A stretch of 64,000 nucleotides of DNA from Spirochaetota bacterium (GTDB taxonomy: Bacteria > Spirochaetota > UBA12135 > COTS27 > CBDBHE01), in assembly GCA_965205605.1 (NCBI GenBank), contig CBDBHE010000007.1, positions 320,001-384,000 of the forward strand, read 5' to 3'. Both the position numbers and the translations under genes were made by a program. The notes beneath the pieces were generated by a model, which saw nothing but the letters and a program-made list of their open reading frames with translations, did not search any database and had not been told where the DNA came from. Shown in pieces: positions 18,966 to 28,340 of the stretch (position 1 is the first letter of the stretch; each line of letters starts with the position of its first letter).

Positions 18966-19039
18966 TTTGAGACCATAAAAAAATAACCCCCGCCAAACAC
19001 CTTCCACCAAACGCCTTCCACCAAACGCCCGTCTTTAGC

Positions 19040-19651
19040 TCAATCACCAATGACCGTTTTTAAATAAGGTAAAACACGCTTGCAATAACGAATCAAGTAC
19101 GCAAGCTTTTTTTCTTCCTGACTCATCGCAAGCATTTCTTTTTTTGACCCAAAGCCCATTCCCATAAAATTAATCATATCGTAGTAAAAAAGGTCTTCTC
19201 CTAAAGGCGACTCTTCACCTAATTCACTTTCAAACAAAAATCGGATTTCTTTAAACTCTTTAGAGAGTAAAACTTTGAGACTTTCGATTTTTTTAGGATC
19301 GGATTTTTTTTCTTTTAAAACTTGAACCTTTCCCATTAAGTAAGGTTTGGGTTTTGTTTTTGACTGGGGGTAAACATCCCTTAACTTAAAGACTTGTTTG
19401 CCAACAATATCCACTTGGATATTACCATTAAAATGCCTTTTAGAAATCTTATAAACCGACGCCATCGTGCCGTAAATACTCCTGTCTAAAAGAGGCGCTT
19501 TGTTTTCACGTACCGAAAGTAAGCCAAAAGGTTTCTCAGTTTCTTCACATTCTCTAATGAGCTGTAAGTATCTTTTTTCAAAAACATAAAGCCTCTCTTC
19601 TTCTCCAGGAAAAAGAATCATCTCTAAAGGATAAAGGGGAACTTTTTTCAT
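19040..19651 (-). CDS. LON peptidase substrate-binding domain protein
   Basis: PLYPL.MILFPGE..RLYVFEKRYLQLI...PFG motif. Confidence 0.85.
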   Translation of the reverse strand: MKKVPLYPLEMILFPGEEERLYVFEKRYLQLIRECEETEKPFGLLSVRENKAPLLDRSIYGTMASVYKISKRHFNGNIQVDIVGKQVFKLRDVYPQSKTKPKPYLMGKVQVLKEKKSDPKKIESLKVLLSKEFKEIRFLFESELGEESPLGEDLFYYDMINFMGMGFGSKKEMLAMSQEEKKLAYLIRYCKRVLPYLKTVIGD

Positions 19652-19783
19652 AAAGGCTTTATTTTTACTTTATTTTTATCTAATTGAAGAGTACCATGAG
19701 GCCAAAAAACTTTCAATCATGATTTTTAAAAAAAAAAACAAGTTTGATTTTTTTTCCATTAAAAGTTTTTTTAAAGATTATCT

Positions 19784-20731
19784 ATGTTTACAATCCTTCA
19801 ATACTTCTTATATACTCACAAAATTCAAATTATCATTAAAAAAATAATTAAAAAAACACCAAAAAAGCTTCAAAAAGAGTTTTTTTTCTTAAATCGAGGT
19901 AAAAAACTAAGACCTCGACTCATGTATCAAGTCGCAAAATCCTTTAACATCCCCCCTAAAAAAATTATCTTTCAAGCAGCCATTTTAGAAATCATCCACT
20001 CTGTTACCCTCTTACATGACGACATCATCGACAAAGAAAGCAAGCGGCGTGGTAAAAAAACGCTCTATCATCAAAAAAAAAATCAAGCCTCAATTCTCTT
20101 AGGAGATTACCTGCTCTCTCTTTGTCTTGAAACCTTGTCTAAAACTTCCCCCCCTTGGCTCCAAAAAGAGTTTTACCAAAAAATTAAAGAAGTCTGCCTA
20201 GGTGAAATCAAACAAGACATGGAAAATCAATTTGAAAAAAAACTCTCTAAGCAAGATTGCCTCCTCATCGCTAAAAAAAAAACCGGTGCCCTCTTTGCTC
20301 TTTGCTTTAAAACCCCCCCTTTACTAGCCGGTATGCCAAAGCCTATCACTCGCTTCGCCGAAGAATGTGGCTACGCCTACGGGACTATCTACCAACTACT
20401 CGATGATTTAAAAGACATTAAAAAAGATAACGCTCTATCAAAAAATCTTAAAAACTTTAAACATTGGACTCTTCCTAGCGTCCTTTGGGTAAAAAAAAGC
20501 CCCTCTACCTTTAAAAAATTTCTCCTAAGCCCTTCTAAAACCATCCCCCCTGTCCAAAAAAACTTTTACACTCAAGGCATTTTAAAAGAAATCAATGCCC
20601 TCCTCCAGCCCCTTGAACGCCAAAAAAAAGAAAATCCTCTCTTTACGCAACTGCTTTACCTAGCTAAAACAGACTTCAATTCCTTCCTTAAAACAATTCC
20701 TTTTTTTTCTTCTTCTATTTTTTCTTTTTAA
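19784..20731 (+). CDS. Polyprenyl diphosphate synthase
   Basis: GKKLRP, LLHDDIID..RRG, KKTGALF and QLLDD motifs. Confidence 0.9.
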   Translation: MFTILQYFLYTHKIQIIIKKIIKKTPKKLQKEFFFLNRGKKLRPRLMYQVAKSFNIPPKKIIFQAAILEIIHSVTLLHDDIIDKESKRRGKKTLYHQKKNQASILLGDYLLSLCLETLSKTSPPWLQKEFYQKIKEVCLGEIKQDMENQFEKKLSKQDCLLIAKKKTGALFALCFKTPPLLAGMPKPITRFAEECGYAYGTIYQLLDDLKDIKKDNALSKNLKNFKHWTLPSVLWVKKSPSTFKKFLLSPSKTIPPVQKNFYTQGILKEINALLQPLERQKKENPLFTQLLYLAKTDFNSFLKTIPFFSSSIFSF

Positions 20732-20842
20732 TGGATTTATTTTTTTTAAAAAAAAAGAAAGGGTAAATCTTAGGTTAAAGAAGGTTTAAATAAAGAAGGG
20801 TTAATTTTGAGTGAGAAGAAATGGATTGTATAATTTAAAAGA

Positions 20843-21754
20843 GTGATGACGATGATTAAAAAATGGTTTTTATTTTTAAAAAAGATTTTTAAGGCTTACT
20901 GGGTCTTATCAAAAGGAGGGATTGTCTTTTTAGTGGTGATTTCAGCGGCCATGGGGTATTTTGTACAAGGGGGTCGATTTACAGAAAAGCTGTTTTTATC
21001 TGTGATGATTTCTACCTCTTTGGTGTGTGCTGGAGCGGGTGCGTTTAATCACTTGCTTGAAACGAGTGTTGATAAAACCATGAAACGCACTCAAAATAGA
21101 CCTTTAGTGATGGGCCATATTTCTAAGTGGCATGGCTTTATATTTGCCCTAGTGGTTTCAGTCCTTGGGCTTTGGATGATGTGGGAAAAAGTTTCTATTT
21201 TAATGATGGTAGGCGGAGCGACAACGATGGGACTGTATTTATTTATGTACACCCCTCTAAAGCAAAAAACAAAATACAACACCTTAATTGGAGCTATCCC
21301 CGGGGCACTACCTGTTTTAGGAGGAGGGGTTGCTAGTGCCACCACCCTCAATGAAATGAAAATCAGTGGGAGTGTTTGGTTGTTATTTGCTTTAGTGTAT
21401 TGCTGGCAACACCCTCATTTTCATGCCATCGCTTGGCTTTGTCAAAAAGATTATCAAAACAGCCGCTTTAAAATGCTTTCTAATGACGATGAAAAACTAA
21501 TGTTTTTTCATATGATTTTCTTTACTTTCTGTACTTTTTTATTATCAATGTTACTTTTTTTAACAGAACAACTCAGCTTTTTTTATTTCATTCTTGCCTT
21601 TATTTTAGGGGTTTATTTTTTATACATTACCCTCAAAGTTATCGAAAAAAGGCATAAAAAAGAAAATGCTAAGAAGGTTTTATGGGCTTCTATTGTGTAC
21701 ATTCCCTTACTCTTTGCTTTCCTTGTTTTAGATCAAGTCTATCTTTCTCTTTAA
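20843..21754 (+). CDS. cyoE: Protoheme IX farnesyltransferase (heme O synthase)
   Basis: D..MKRTQNRPL, YTPLK, IGAIPGALP and WQHPHF motifs. Confidence 0.93.
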   Translation: MMTMIKKWFLFLKKIFKAYWVLSKGGIVFLVVISAAMGYFVQGGRFTEKLFLSVMISTSLVCAGAGAFNHLLETSVDKTMKRTQNRPLVMGHISKWHGFIFALVVSVLGLWMMWEKVSILMMVGGATTMGLYLFMYTPLKQKTKYNTLIGAIPGALPVLGGGVASATTLNEMKISGSVWLLFALVYCWQHPHFHAIAWLCQKDYQNSRFKMLSNDDEKLMFFHMIFFTFCTFLLSMLLFLTEQLSFFYFILAFILGVYFLYITLKVIEKRHKKENAKKVLWASIVYIPLLFAFLVLDQVYLSL

Positions 21755-21804
21755 CTTTAACTTTAACTTTAATTTTAGCTTTGCCCCACCGATAAAATAA
21801 CCTT

Positions 21805-22377
21805 ATGAAAAAAACCTCTCAAAGTTTCAAAAAAAAAAAACAGCGTTTTGCCTTTTCTTTTAAAATAAGAATGAGCCTTATTTTTACTCTAATCTTTTTT
21901 CTGGGCCTTTGTTTTTTTTATTTTATTTTCACCCCAAAGACTTCACAAAGCCCAAATATTTTAAAGACTCTTTCGTCTTATTTTCCAAAAATTAATGTTT
22001 CTTTAAACGCTCTGACAACTCTTTTCATCACTTTGGGGCTTATTAGTATTTACAAAAAACATAAAACGCTTCATCAGGCATCGATGATAATGGCGATGGT
22101 GTTATCGACTTTGTTTTTAGGAACGTATGTGATATATCATTTTTATCATGGGAGTGTTACTTACCAGGGGCAGGGAATGGGGCGTTATTTTTATTACACG
22201 ATTTTAATCACGCATATTATTTTATCGATGTTTATTTTACCGCTTGTTTGTATGACGGTATTTTTTGCCATCAGCCGACGTTTTACTTTGCATAAAAAAA
22301 TGGCAAAAATCACTTACCCTATTTGGCTGTATATTTCAATCACAGGGATGGTGATTTATTGGATGCTCTATCAATAA
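21805..22377 (+). CDS. DUF420 (YozB/CtaM-like) membrane protein
   Basis: LFLGTYVIYH, YYTILITHIILS and HKKMAKITYPIWLYISITG; adjacent to cyoE. Confidence 0.85.
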   Translation: MKKTSQSFKKKKQRFAFSFKIRMSLIFTLIFFLGLCFFYFIFTPKTSQSPNILKTLSSYFPKINVSLNALTTLFITLGLISIYKKHKTLHQASMIMAMVLSTLFLGTYVIYHFYHGSVTYQGQGMGRYFYYTILITHIILSMFILPLVCMTVFFAISRRFTLHKKMAKITYPIWLYISITGMVIYWMLYQ

Positions 22378-22458
22378 AGGAAGAATAAAGAGAGATAGAA
22401 TGAATGTGAGGTTTGTGTTAAAGTTTTTTGTAAATCGCTATTATTTAAACCGTTATCG

Positions 22459-23148
22459 ATGCTAGCTAGTCATCAAGGGCGGCCTATCAAGCTTGAAAAA
22501 AGTTGGCTACGTCTTGTCCAAGACGAGTTTAACAAACCATCGATGAAAGCTTTAAAAGCGTTTTTGTTAGAAGAAAAAAAAAAGTTTGTCGTCTACCCAA
22601 AAGGAAGTCAAATCTTCGAAGCCTTTAATCTCACTCCCTTTGATCAGGTAAAAGTGGTCATCCTAGGTCAAGACCCCTACCACGGGCCAAATCAAGCCCA
22701 TGGGCTTTCGTTTTCTGTCAGCCAAGGCGTCAAACCTCCTCCCAGTCTCATCAATATTTTTAACGAACTAAAAGACGACCTCCATCTGCCCCTTCCCAAA
22801 ACAGCTCACCTCGCCAGCTGGGCCAAACAAGGCGTCTTTTTACTCAACACCGTCCTAACCGTCAGAGCCAAAAGCCCCTCCAGCCATCAAAACAGAGGCT
22901 GGGAACCCTTTACCGACCAAGTCATTACTCTTTTAAACCAAAAAAAAACCAATCTCGTCTTTATCTTATGGGGCCGCCAAGCCGCTTCTAAAAAACCCCT
23001 CATCAATGAAAAAAATCATTTAGTTTTATCTTCTCCTCATCCCAGTCCCTATTCCGCTAGAAACGGTTTTTTTGGCTCCAAACCGTTTTCTAAAACCAAC
23101 CACTACTTGTCACAAACTAAACAAACTCCTATTGACTGGTCTTTATAA
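22459..23148 (+). CDS. ung: Uracil-DNA glycosylase (family 1)
   Basis: GQDPYH, PPSL.NI, LLNTVLTV and HPSP motifs. Confidence 0.97.
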   Translation: MLASHQGRPIKLEKSWLRLVQDEFNKPSMKALKAFLLEEKKKFVVYPKGSQIFEAFNLTPFDQVKVVILGQDPYHGPNQAHGLSFSVSQGVKPPPSLINIFNELKDDLHLPLPKTAHLASWAKQGVFLLNTVLTVRAKSPSSHQNRGWEPFTDQVITLLNQKKTNLVFILWGRQAASKKPLINEKNHLVLSSPHPSPYSARNGFFGSKPFSKTNHYLSQTKQTPIDWSL

Positions 23149-23174
23149 AACCAAGGTCTCTTTTTTTACCTAAA

Positions 23175-23448
23175 TCTTGCAGAAGCCCTTTCCAGCGAAT
23201 TTTCGGTTGACGTTGACCACAAGGGTGATTTATTTTGCTTATCTCAACATTCCCGTTCTTTTGGACTGACAGCAGGCTTTCAAATCGATGAATCGGTAGA
23301 CATTTTTGCCACCTTAGAGGGAGGTCTTAGCTTTCTCAACTTGCTTTACCCTGAAGAGACTGTTGTCAAAGTTAATCAAGAAGTTACATTGCAACATCAC
23401 CTAGGGCAGGTTGCTCTTTTAAAATTTGGAGTGGGGTTTCTTTTTTAG
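23175..23448 (+). pseudogene. Degraded 3' fragment paralogous to the beta-barrel gene at 28341-29115
   Basis: Aligns to 28637-28847 and 29050-29115; has small indels and a deletion between ATCAAGAA microhomologies; keeps the LLKFGVGFLF* terminus. Confidence 0.9.
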
Positions 23449-23475
23449 TTTTTTTTAAAAAAAAACACCCATCAC

Positions 23476-23530
23476 TGACCCTCAAATTGACCCTCATTGA
23501 CCCTCAAATTGACCCTCAAATTGACCCTCA
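23476..23530. repeat. ~12-bp tandem repeat (TGACCCTCAAAT) x5
   Basis: Read directly from the sequence. Confidence 0.9.
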
Positions 23531-23973
23531 AAAAGGGGTTTTTAAGGAGCGGCCTTGATAATAATATTCTCTTCTTTTTTTTTGTCTTCGCTCCAAACGT
23601 AATCGATCACCTTATAAGTAGGGTAACTAAAAATAAAAGTTTTTGATACATCAATAAACTTCTCTTTAAATTAAAATCATCTTATCTTGTTTTTTCTTTT
23701 TTTATTCACTTAATTTTCCAAAAAAAACCCCCTTCAACCGCAAAACAATGAAGGTTTGAAACATTCTCCGAAATATCTTCCTAATGCTATTTAATTATTT
23801 AATGCTATTTTTTATGTTTAACCCAGTTGGTCTTAGGTGATAACAAAAAAAAGGGTTGAGTTTTTTCAGGTAAAAAAAAGAAAATGGGTTCACTGGTGAT
23901 AAAAAATGTCATTGAAAAAAAAATAAAACATAAAACATTTCATCTCAATTAATCTTCAAATTGTAAGCGAAAG

Positions 23974-25080
23974 CTAATAAAAAAACACCAAGCCAGCAAA
24001 AATAGATTGGCTAAAGGCATTTTGGTTAAAGGCATTTAAAGCAAAATGGTAAGTCGTTTTTACAGCCAAATGGTCTTTGTAAAAATAGGTGCTAAGCCCT
24101 ACTTTAGCGATGATGCTATCATAAAAACGACCTTCACTTTTACCAAAGAGGTGATTTAAGATTTCTCCACTAAGAGCGTATTGCCAGTTGGCAAGCCGCA
24201 GCGACAAAAGACTCACTCCCCCAAAGAGAACTTCGCTCGAAAAGCCATCCGAATTACTTTCAAGTGTGTTAAAAAACGTTTTCACAAAGACTTCACTAAG
24301 CCACCTTAATTGTTGTTTTTTTGAACGCTTATGTCTAAGCTCAAAAGACAAACTTTGATTGATTTTCGCCTGTGAATTATTCTCTTTTTTCGCATAAAGA
24401 GAATAATGAAACAAGGTCCTCAGTGGCTGAGACCACTTTTGACGAAGGCCTATCTGGGTGAAAATATCAATTTTATTTTCAAGATTGATTAGAGGTTCTA
24501 AAGCTTCAAAAGAACCATCCCCATTAAAAATACCCCCTTTTATCTCAAAAATCGATAGCAGCCTTCTAGCAGAATATAACACCCCAACCCCCCTACCTGG
24601 AGTAAACTCTCGGCTCACTTTTGAATGATAAAGAAAGGCTCTCTCTTCTAAATTAAACGAACGTTCTCTCCCATAAGGAATCTTAAATTGCCCTAGACGA
24701 AGGGAGTGGTCTTTAAAAAACATCAGCTGTAAAAACGCATTTTTTAAATACGCCTTCTCATTGTCTCCATCAATAGGGTCAAAAGAAACATGGTACCTCA
24801 CTTGTTTCCCCGCCAAATCTCCCTTAAGACCAAGCCGCACACTTTGAATGGCAAATCCAGCTAAGTTTTGTTTTTCAATATGTTCAAAAAAATGAAATGA
24901 AAATCGCCCATAGGTTTTTAAAGAAAACTTGTTAGGTTTTTTTGTCTTTTTGTCTTTTTTTTCTAAACCCTCAGTAACATTAAGGTTTTTTTTAATGGGT
25001 GCGTTGTCCTTAGCCACTAGGGCAAAAGAAAAAAAGAAAGCAAAAATAATTAATTTAATTGAGTTTGAGCGTGTTGCCAT
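23974..25080 (-). CDS. Porin, OprO/OprP (phosphate-selective)-like
   Basis: Signal peptide; RLGLKG, LKNAF, LGQFKIPYGRE, GRGVG and GIFNGDG motifs; aromatic C-terminus. Confidence 0.7.
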   Translation of the reverse strand: MATRSNSIKLIIFAFFFSFALVAKDNAPIKKNLNVTEGLEKKDKKTKKPNKFSLKTYGRFSFHFFEHIEKQNLAGFAIQSVRLGLKGDLAGKQVRYHVSFDPIDGDNEKAYLKNAFLQLMFFKDHSLRLGQFKIPYGRERSFNLEERAFLYHSKVSREFTPGRGVGVLYSARRLLSIFEIKGGIFNGDGSFEALEPLINLENKIDIFTQIGLRQKWSQPLRTLFHYSLYAKKENNSQAKINQSLSFELRHKRSKKQQLRWLSEVFVKTFFNTLESNSDGFSSEVLFGGVSLLSLRLANWQYALSGEILNHLFGKSEGRFYDSIIAKVGLSTYFYKDHLAVKTTYHFALNAFNQNAFSQSIFAGLVFFY

Positions 25081-26312
25081 CTTTCTTTAATCCAAGTTTT
25101 AATCCATTGGATTTCATTTTCAAAGTTTCTAGCTTGAGCTTGAGCTTGAGTGACGTTAAAGTATTGTTGTAGATGTTGTTGCCACTTTTCTTCATCTTTT
25201 TTGGCAAGGTCTTCAATCTCAAAAACCCACCGATCGATTTGATTTTGTATTTTTACTAGCTCCCACTCATTTTTAATCAGCTCACGAGCCCTTTGATAAA
25301 GACGATCTCGAGTGATGGGGTTGTCTAAAAATACTTTGAAAAAAAGATTTTTATCTGCAAACAATCTCGGTAAGTTGTCAGGCCTTGAAGAAGTCAAGTT
25401 GCCTTTAGCAGGTCCTCCAAAAGATTGTCCAAAAGAAGCATTAAAATCCCACGGCAAGTACCGCCACTTGCCTCCTTTTTCATGATACAAATAGGCATTC
25501 TTCCAAGCCGAATCACTGGCATGAATCAAACTGGCAAACACCCACCAATCTTCAAAATCAGCCCTCCTAGCCACCTTCTCAAAATGATGAGAAAAAGCTT
25601 CTTTTGACGGTCGGATAAATAAATCCATCAATTTAATCATTTCATCAAAACCCCCGATTGGATTTTTTAAACCCGAAGACTTAATTTCCATCGAAGTTCT
25701 AATTTCATTAATCTCATCCCCATCAGCTCCCTGGTGGCCTATAATTTTAAAAAGCGTCCCTTTAAAAGGATTGAGCCCTTGAGAAGCAAGAAGGGATTCA
25801 TTAACGTGATCAATCGCTGTGTAGAGCCCGTGAAAGTGACCTTGTAAAAATAACTCCACAAAAAAAGTTTCTATCTTAAGGTGGTTTTTCGCATCAAACC
25901 ACCCCCATAATGTAAAAGCAAGACGGCTTCTAATATAAGAAGTGTCATCAAAATTAGACGTTAAAACAAGGTTCCCATCATTAGATAGTTTCCCAAAAGT
26001 ATTTGGAAAACGACGTTTTAAACTCGCAAAGCTTTGTTTTGAAAAACGCAATGTATAACTTTTTTTAGGGTAATTAAAACTAACCGCCCCTCGCTGTTTT
26101 GAATCCACTGAGTACAATTCATCTCCTATTTTTACCATACTCGTTTGGTAGCTTTTACTTTTAGCAGCAGACTGTAAATCTATTTTAAGCACCCTACTAA
26201 GGTCTATCGACTCATTAAAAGGCTCAAAAAAAGCACAACTAGAAAACAACCAACAAAACAACAAAAAAGGTCTGAGAGAAAAAAGAGATAAAAACACTTT
26301 ATTTTTTTTCAT
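25050..26312 (-). CDS. CotH family kinase, lipoprotein
   Basis: Lipobox LFSSC; QRGAVS..YPKKSY, GLYT, D...KNAYLY...W.YLPWDFNASFG. Confidence 0.88.
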   Translation of the reverse strand: MKKNKVFLSLFSLRPFLLFCWLFSSCAFFEPFNESIDLSRVLKIDLQSAAKSKSYQTSMVKIGDELYSVDSKQRGAVSFNYPKKSYTLRFSKQSFASLKRRFPNTFGKLSNDGNLVLTSNFDDTSYIRSRLAFTLWGWFDAKNHLKIETFFVELFLQGHFHGLYTAIDHVNESLLASQGLNPFKGTLFKIIGHQGADGDEINEIRTSMEIKSSGLKNPIGGFDEMIKLMDLFIRPSKEAFSHHFEKVARRADFEDWWVFASLIHASDSAWKNAYLYHEKGGKWRYLPWDFNASFGQSFGGPAKGNLTSSRPDNLPRLFADKNLFFKVFLDNPITRDRLYQRARELIKNEWELVKIQNQIDRWVFEIEDLAKKDEEKWQQHLQQYFNVTQAQAQARNFENEIQWIKTWIKERWQHAQTQLN

Positions 26313-26555
26313 TTAAATCTTTCTTGATAACAGTCTCTCACCATTAATTGTAACATATCTCGTTTTGAAAACAGAGCATGACAGACTTGGATGCCTTGAG
26401 TCAATTCAAATCAAGCGGGCAATCTTAAGCGCCCTCCAAAGAAAATTAACTAAAAAAAGTGACCTCATTCCTTGTAACCTATCCATCATAGACATAAAGT
26501 AAAATGAAGCTTTAATCAGGAGAAGAATCGATTAATTTGCGATAAAAAAATATCA

Positions 26556-27188
26556 TTAAAAGCGACCTTCATCTCTAAAACAAGGATTTAAAGAAGAGAG
26601 AGACTTACAAACATCTGCCCAAGTTTTTCCTTTTTGAAGAGAAACTAAAAACGTCGCTGAAGTGCTATTTTTATCAGCTCGAATCCCCCTAAGCTTTATT
26701 TTAGAAAACAGTTTGACAAACTTAGGGTCTTTTTGGGAGTCATAGGGATTAAACTGATGGTCTCCAAAACAATCTAATAAAAAAGTAGTTTCATCTTCAT
26801 TTTGTTTTAACCATTGATTCATGACCCAAATCACAAAAGGCGAGATAAACGTCATTAAGATTCCTAAGGAAAAATAACCCACCCCACTTGAAAACCCAAT
26901 AATCATCGCAATAAAAATCATCACCAAATCTCTAGAATTAGAAAAATTAGTCCGAAATCTCACCATGGCAATGGTCACAAAAAGACCAATAGCCCTTGCC
27001 ATGTTGTCACCTATCACCACGATAATCACTGAAAAACTCATCGTCAGTAACACCATCGATTGGATGACTTCTGCACTTGGTTTTTTTTCAGAAGCAAAAT
27101 AATACAAAAATGCCAAACAAATCCCTAAAACAAGTGCAACGAGCATGTTGTCAACAAAAACAAACTGGCTATGGGTAAAAAAATCCAT
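26556..27188 (-). CDS. DUF4956 membrane protein
   Basis: IGDNMARAIGL...VRFRT...RDL..IF.A...G...G.G motif; downstream of the VTC gene. Confidence 0.85.
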   Translation of the reverse strand: MDFFTHSQFVFVDNMLVALVLGICLAFLYYFASEKKPSAEVIQSMVLLTMSFSVIIVVIGDNMARAIGLFVTIAMVRFRTNFSNSRDLVMIFIAMIIGFSSGVGYFSLGILMTFISPFVIWVMNQWLKQNEDETTFLLDCFGDHQFNPYDSQKDPKFVKLFSKIKLRGIRADKNSTSATFLVSLQKGKTWADVCKSLSSLNPCFRDEGRF

Positions 27189-27236
27189 TAAAAATAAGTT
27201 TTCTTTATCAATGCTTTAAATGAAATAAAAAAAAAA

Positions 27237-27965
27237 TCATCTTTTTAAAGCGACCCTTTTTGAAGCCATCAAAGCTCTCATCGATCTTTCATATTTAGAA
27301 AATTGCAAACGAGGCAAATGAAAAGCAACCACTAACTGTTTAGCCCAAAAAGGAGCTTGAGCTTCTTTTTTAATTTTAATTTCAAGAATAGCAGCATTTT
27401 TTGAAGGGAGCATTTTATTTTCAAACGAATGCGTTTTGGGAAGGGCTATTTGAGAAGTAAGGGGTTGGTTTAAAATATTTTGATCTAAAGTGACACGTAG
27501 CGTTTTGTCTTGAGAAACCCAGCTACGCCTTAAATAATGAATCAAAATCACCGGCTGAAACGAAGAAGAAGAAGAAAAAAAACGATCCTTTTGATGGATG
27601 GTTAAACTTTTTGCCCAATTTAAAAAATCACTTAAAGAAGTTTTAGGAAATGATGTTAAAACCAGTCTGTCTTTTGCTGACACTTTACCCCATTTTTTCT
27701 TTTTTTCAAGCCAAACTTTCTTTGGCATCTCCTCGAGCAAATTGGTATACATCCTAAGACGCAATTTAAACCGAATCGGATCTCGCCTCCTATGCGCCTG
27801 TAAACAACTAAACAATGCGTCTTCAAAATAAACAGACGTATACCTCACCCCATCTCGACGAGAGTACGAGTCCATCGGTAAATAAGAAGAAAAATACTTG
27901 ATAAAACTTGTCACCATCTCTGGATACACCAAGTATTTTTTTTCAATTCTTTGGTCCATCTTCAT
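27237..27965 (-). CDS. VTC-domain (polyphosphate polymerase-like, CYTH fold) protein
   Basis: RIEKKY, SVYFED, RFKLRLRMY, WLEKK, YLR, RVTLD, ILEIK and FSKY motifs. Confidence 0.88.
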   Translation of the reverse strand: MKMDQRIEKKYLVYPEMVTSFIKYFSSYLPMDSYSRRDGVRYTSVYFEDALFSCLQAHRRRDPIRFKLRLRMYTNLLEEMPKKVWLEKKKKWGKVSAKDRLVLTSFPKTSLSDFLNWAKSLTIHQKDRFFSSSSSFQPVILIHYLRRSWVSQDKTLRVTLDQNILNQPLTSQIALPKTHSFENKMLPSKNAAILEIKIKKEAQAPFWAKQLVVAFHLPRLQFSKYERSMRALMASKRVALKR

Positions 27966-28340
27966 GGTTGCTTTTCCTCTGAAATTTAATAAAAAAAATC
28001 AATCGATTTATTATAGCATTAAGTATTTAAAATAAAAAAATTAATGCTGCCAAGCCTCCGTTTCGATTTCTATCATCAGCTAAACCCAAATGATTTTCGA
28101 CTTGCTCTTACTCTTGTTCTTGTTCTTTCTTTTACAAAATTTAACCCCCATTTTACAATCTTCAAAAAAACACAACGCCCTATTAAAGCAATAAAAGCAT
28201 TTTAAGGCATCATTCAAAATTAAACAAGGCAGGATTTTAAGTGATGGCAATGTCACCGAAGATATTTTTTTTGAGGAAATAAAGAATGTTATAATAAAAA
28301 AATAATTATTTTTAATTAATCATTGCAAAGGAAAAAAACA

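Noticed and set aside
26313-26555. Structured RNA or small gene between DUF4956 and cotH
   Set aside because: No convincing ORF with a start and no recognisable stem or riboswitch motif by eye; an Infernal/Rfam search would settle it.
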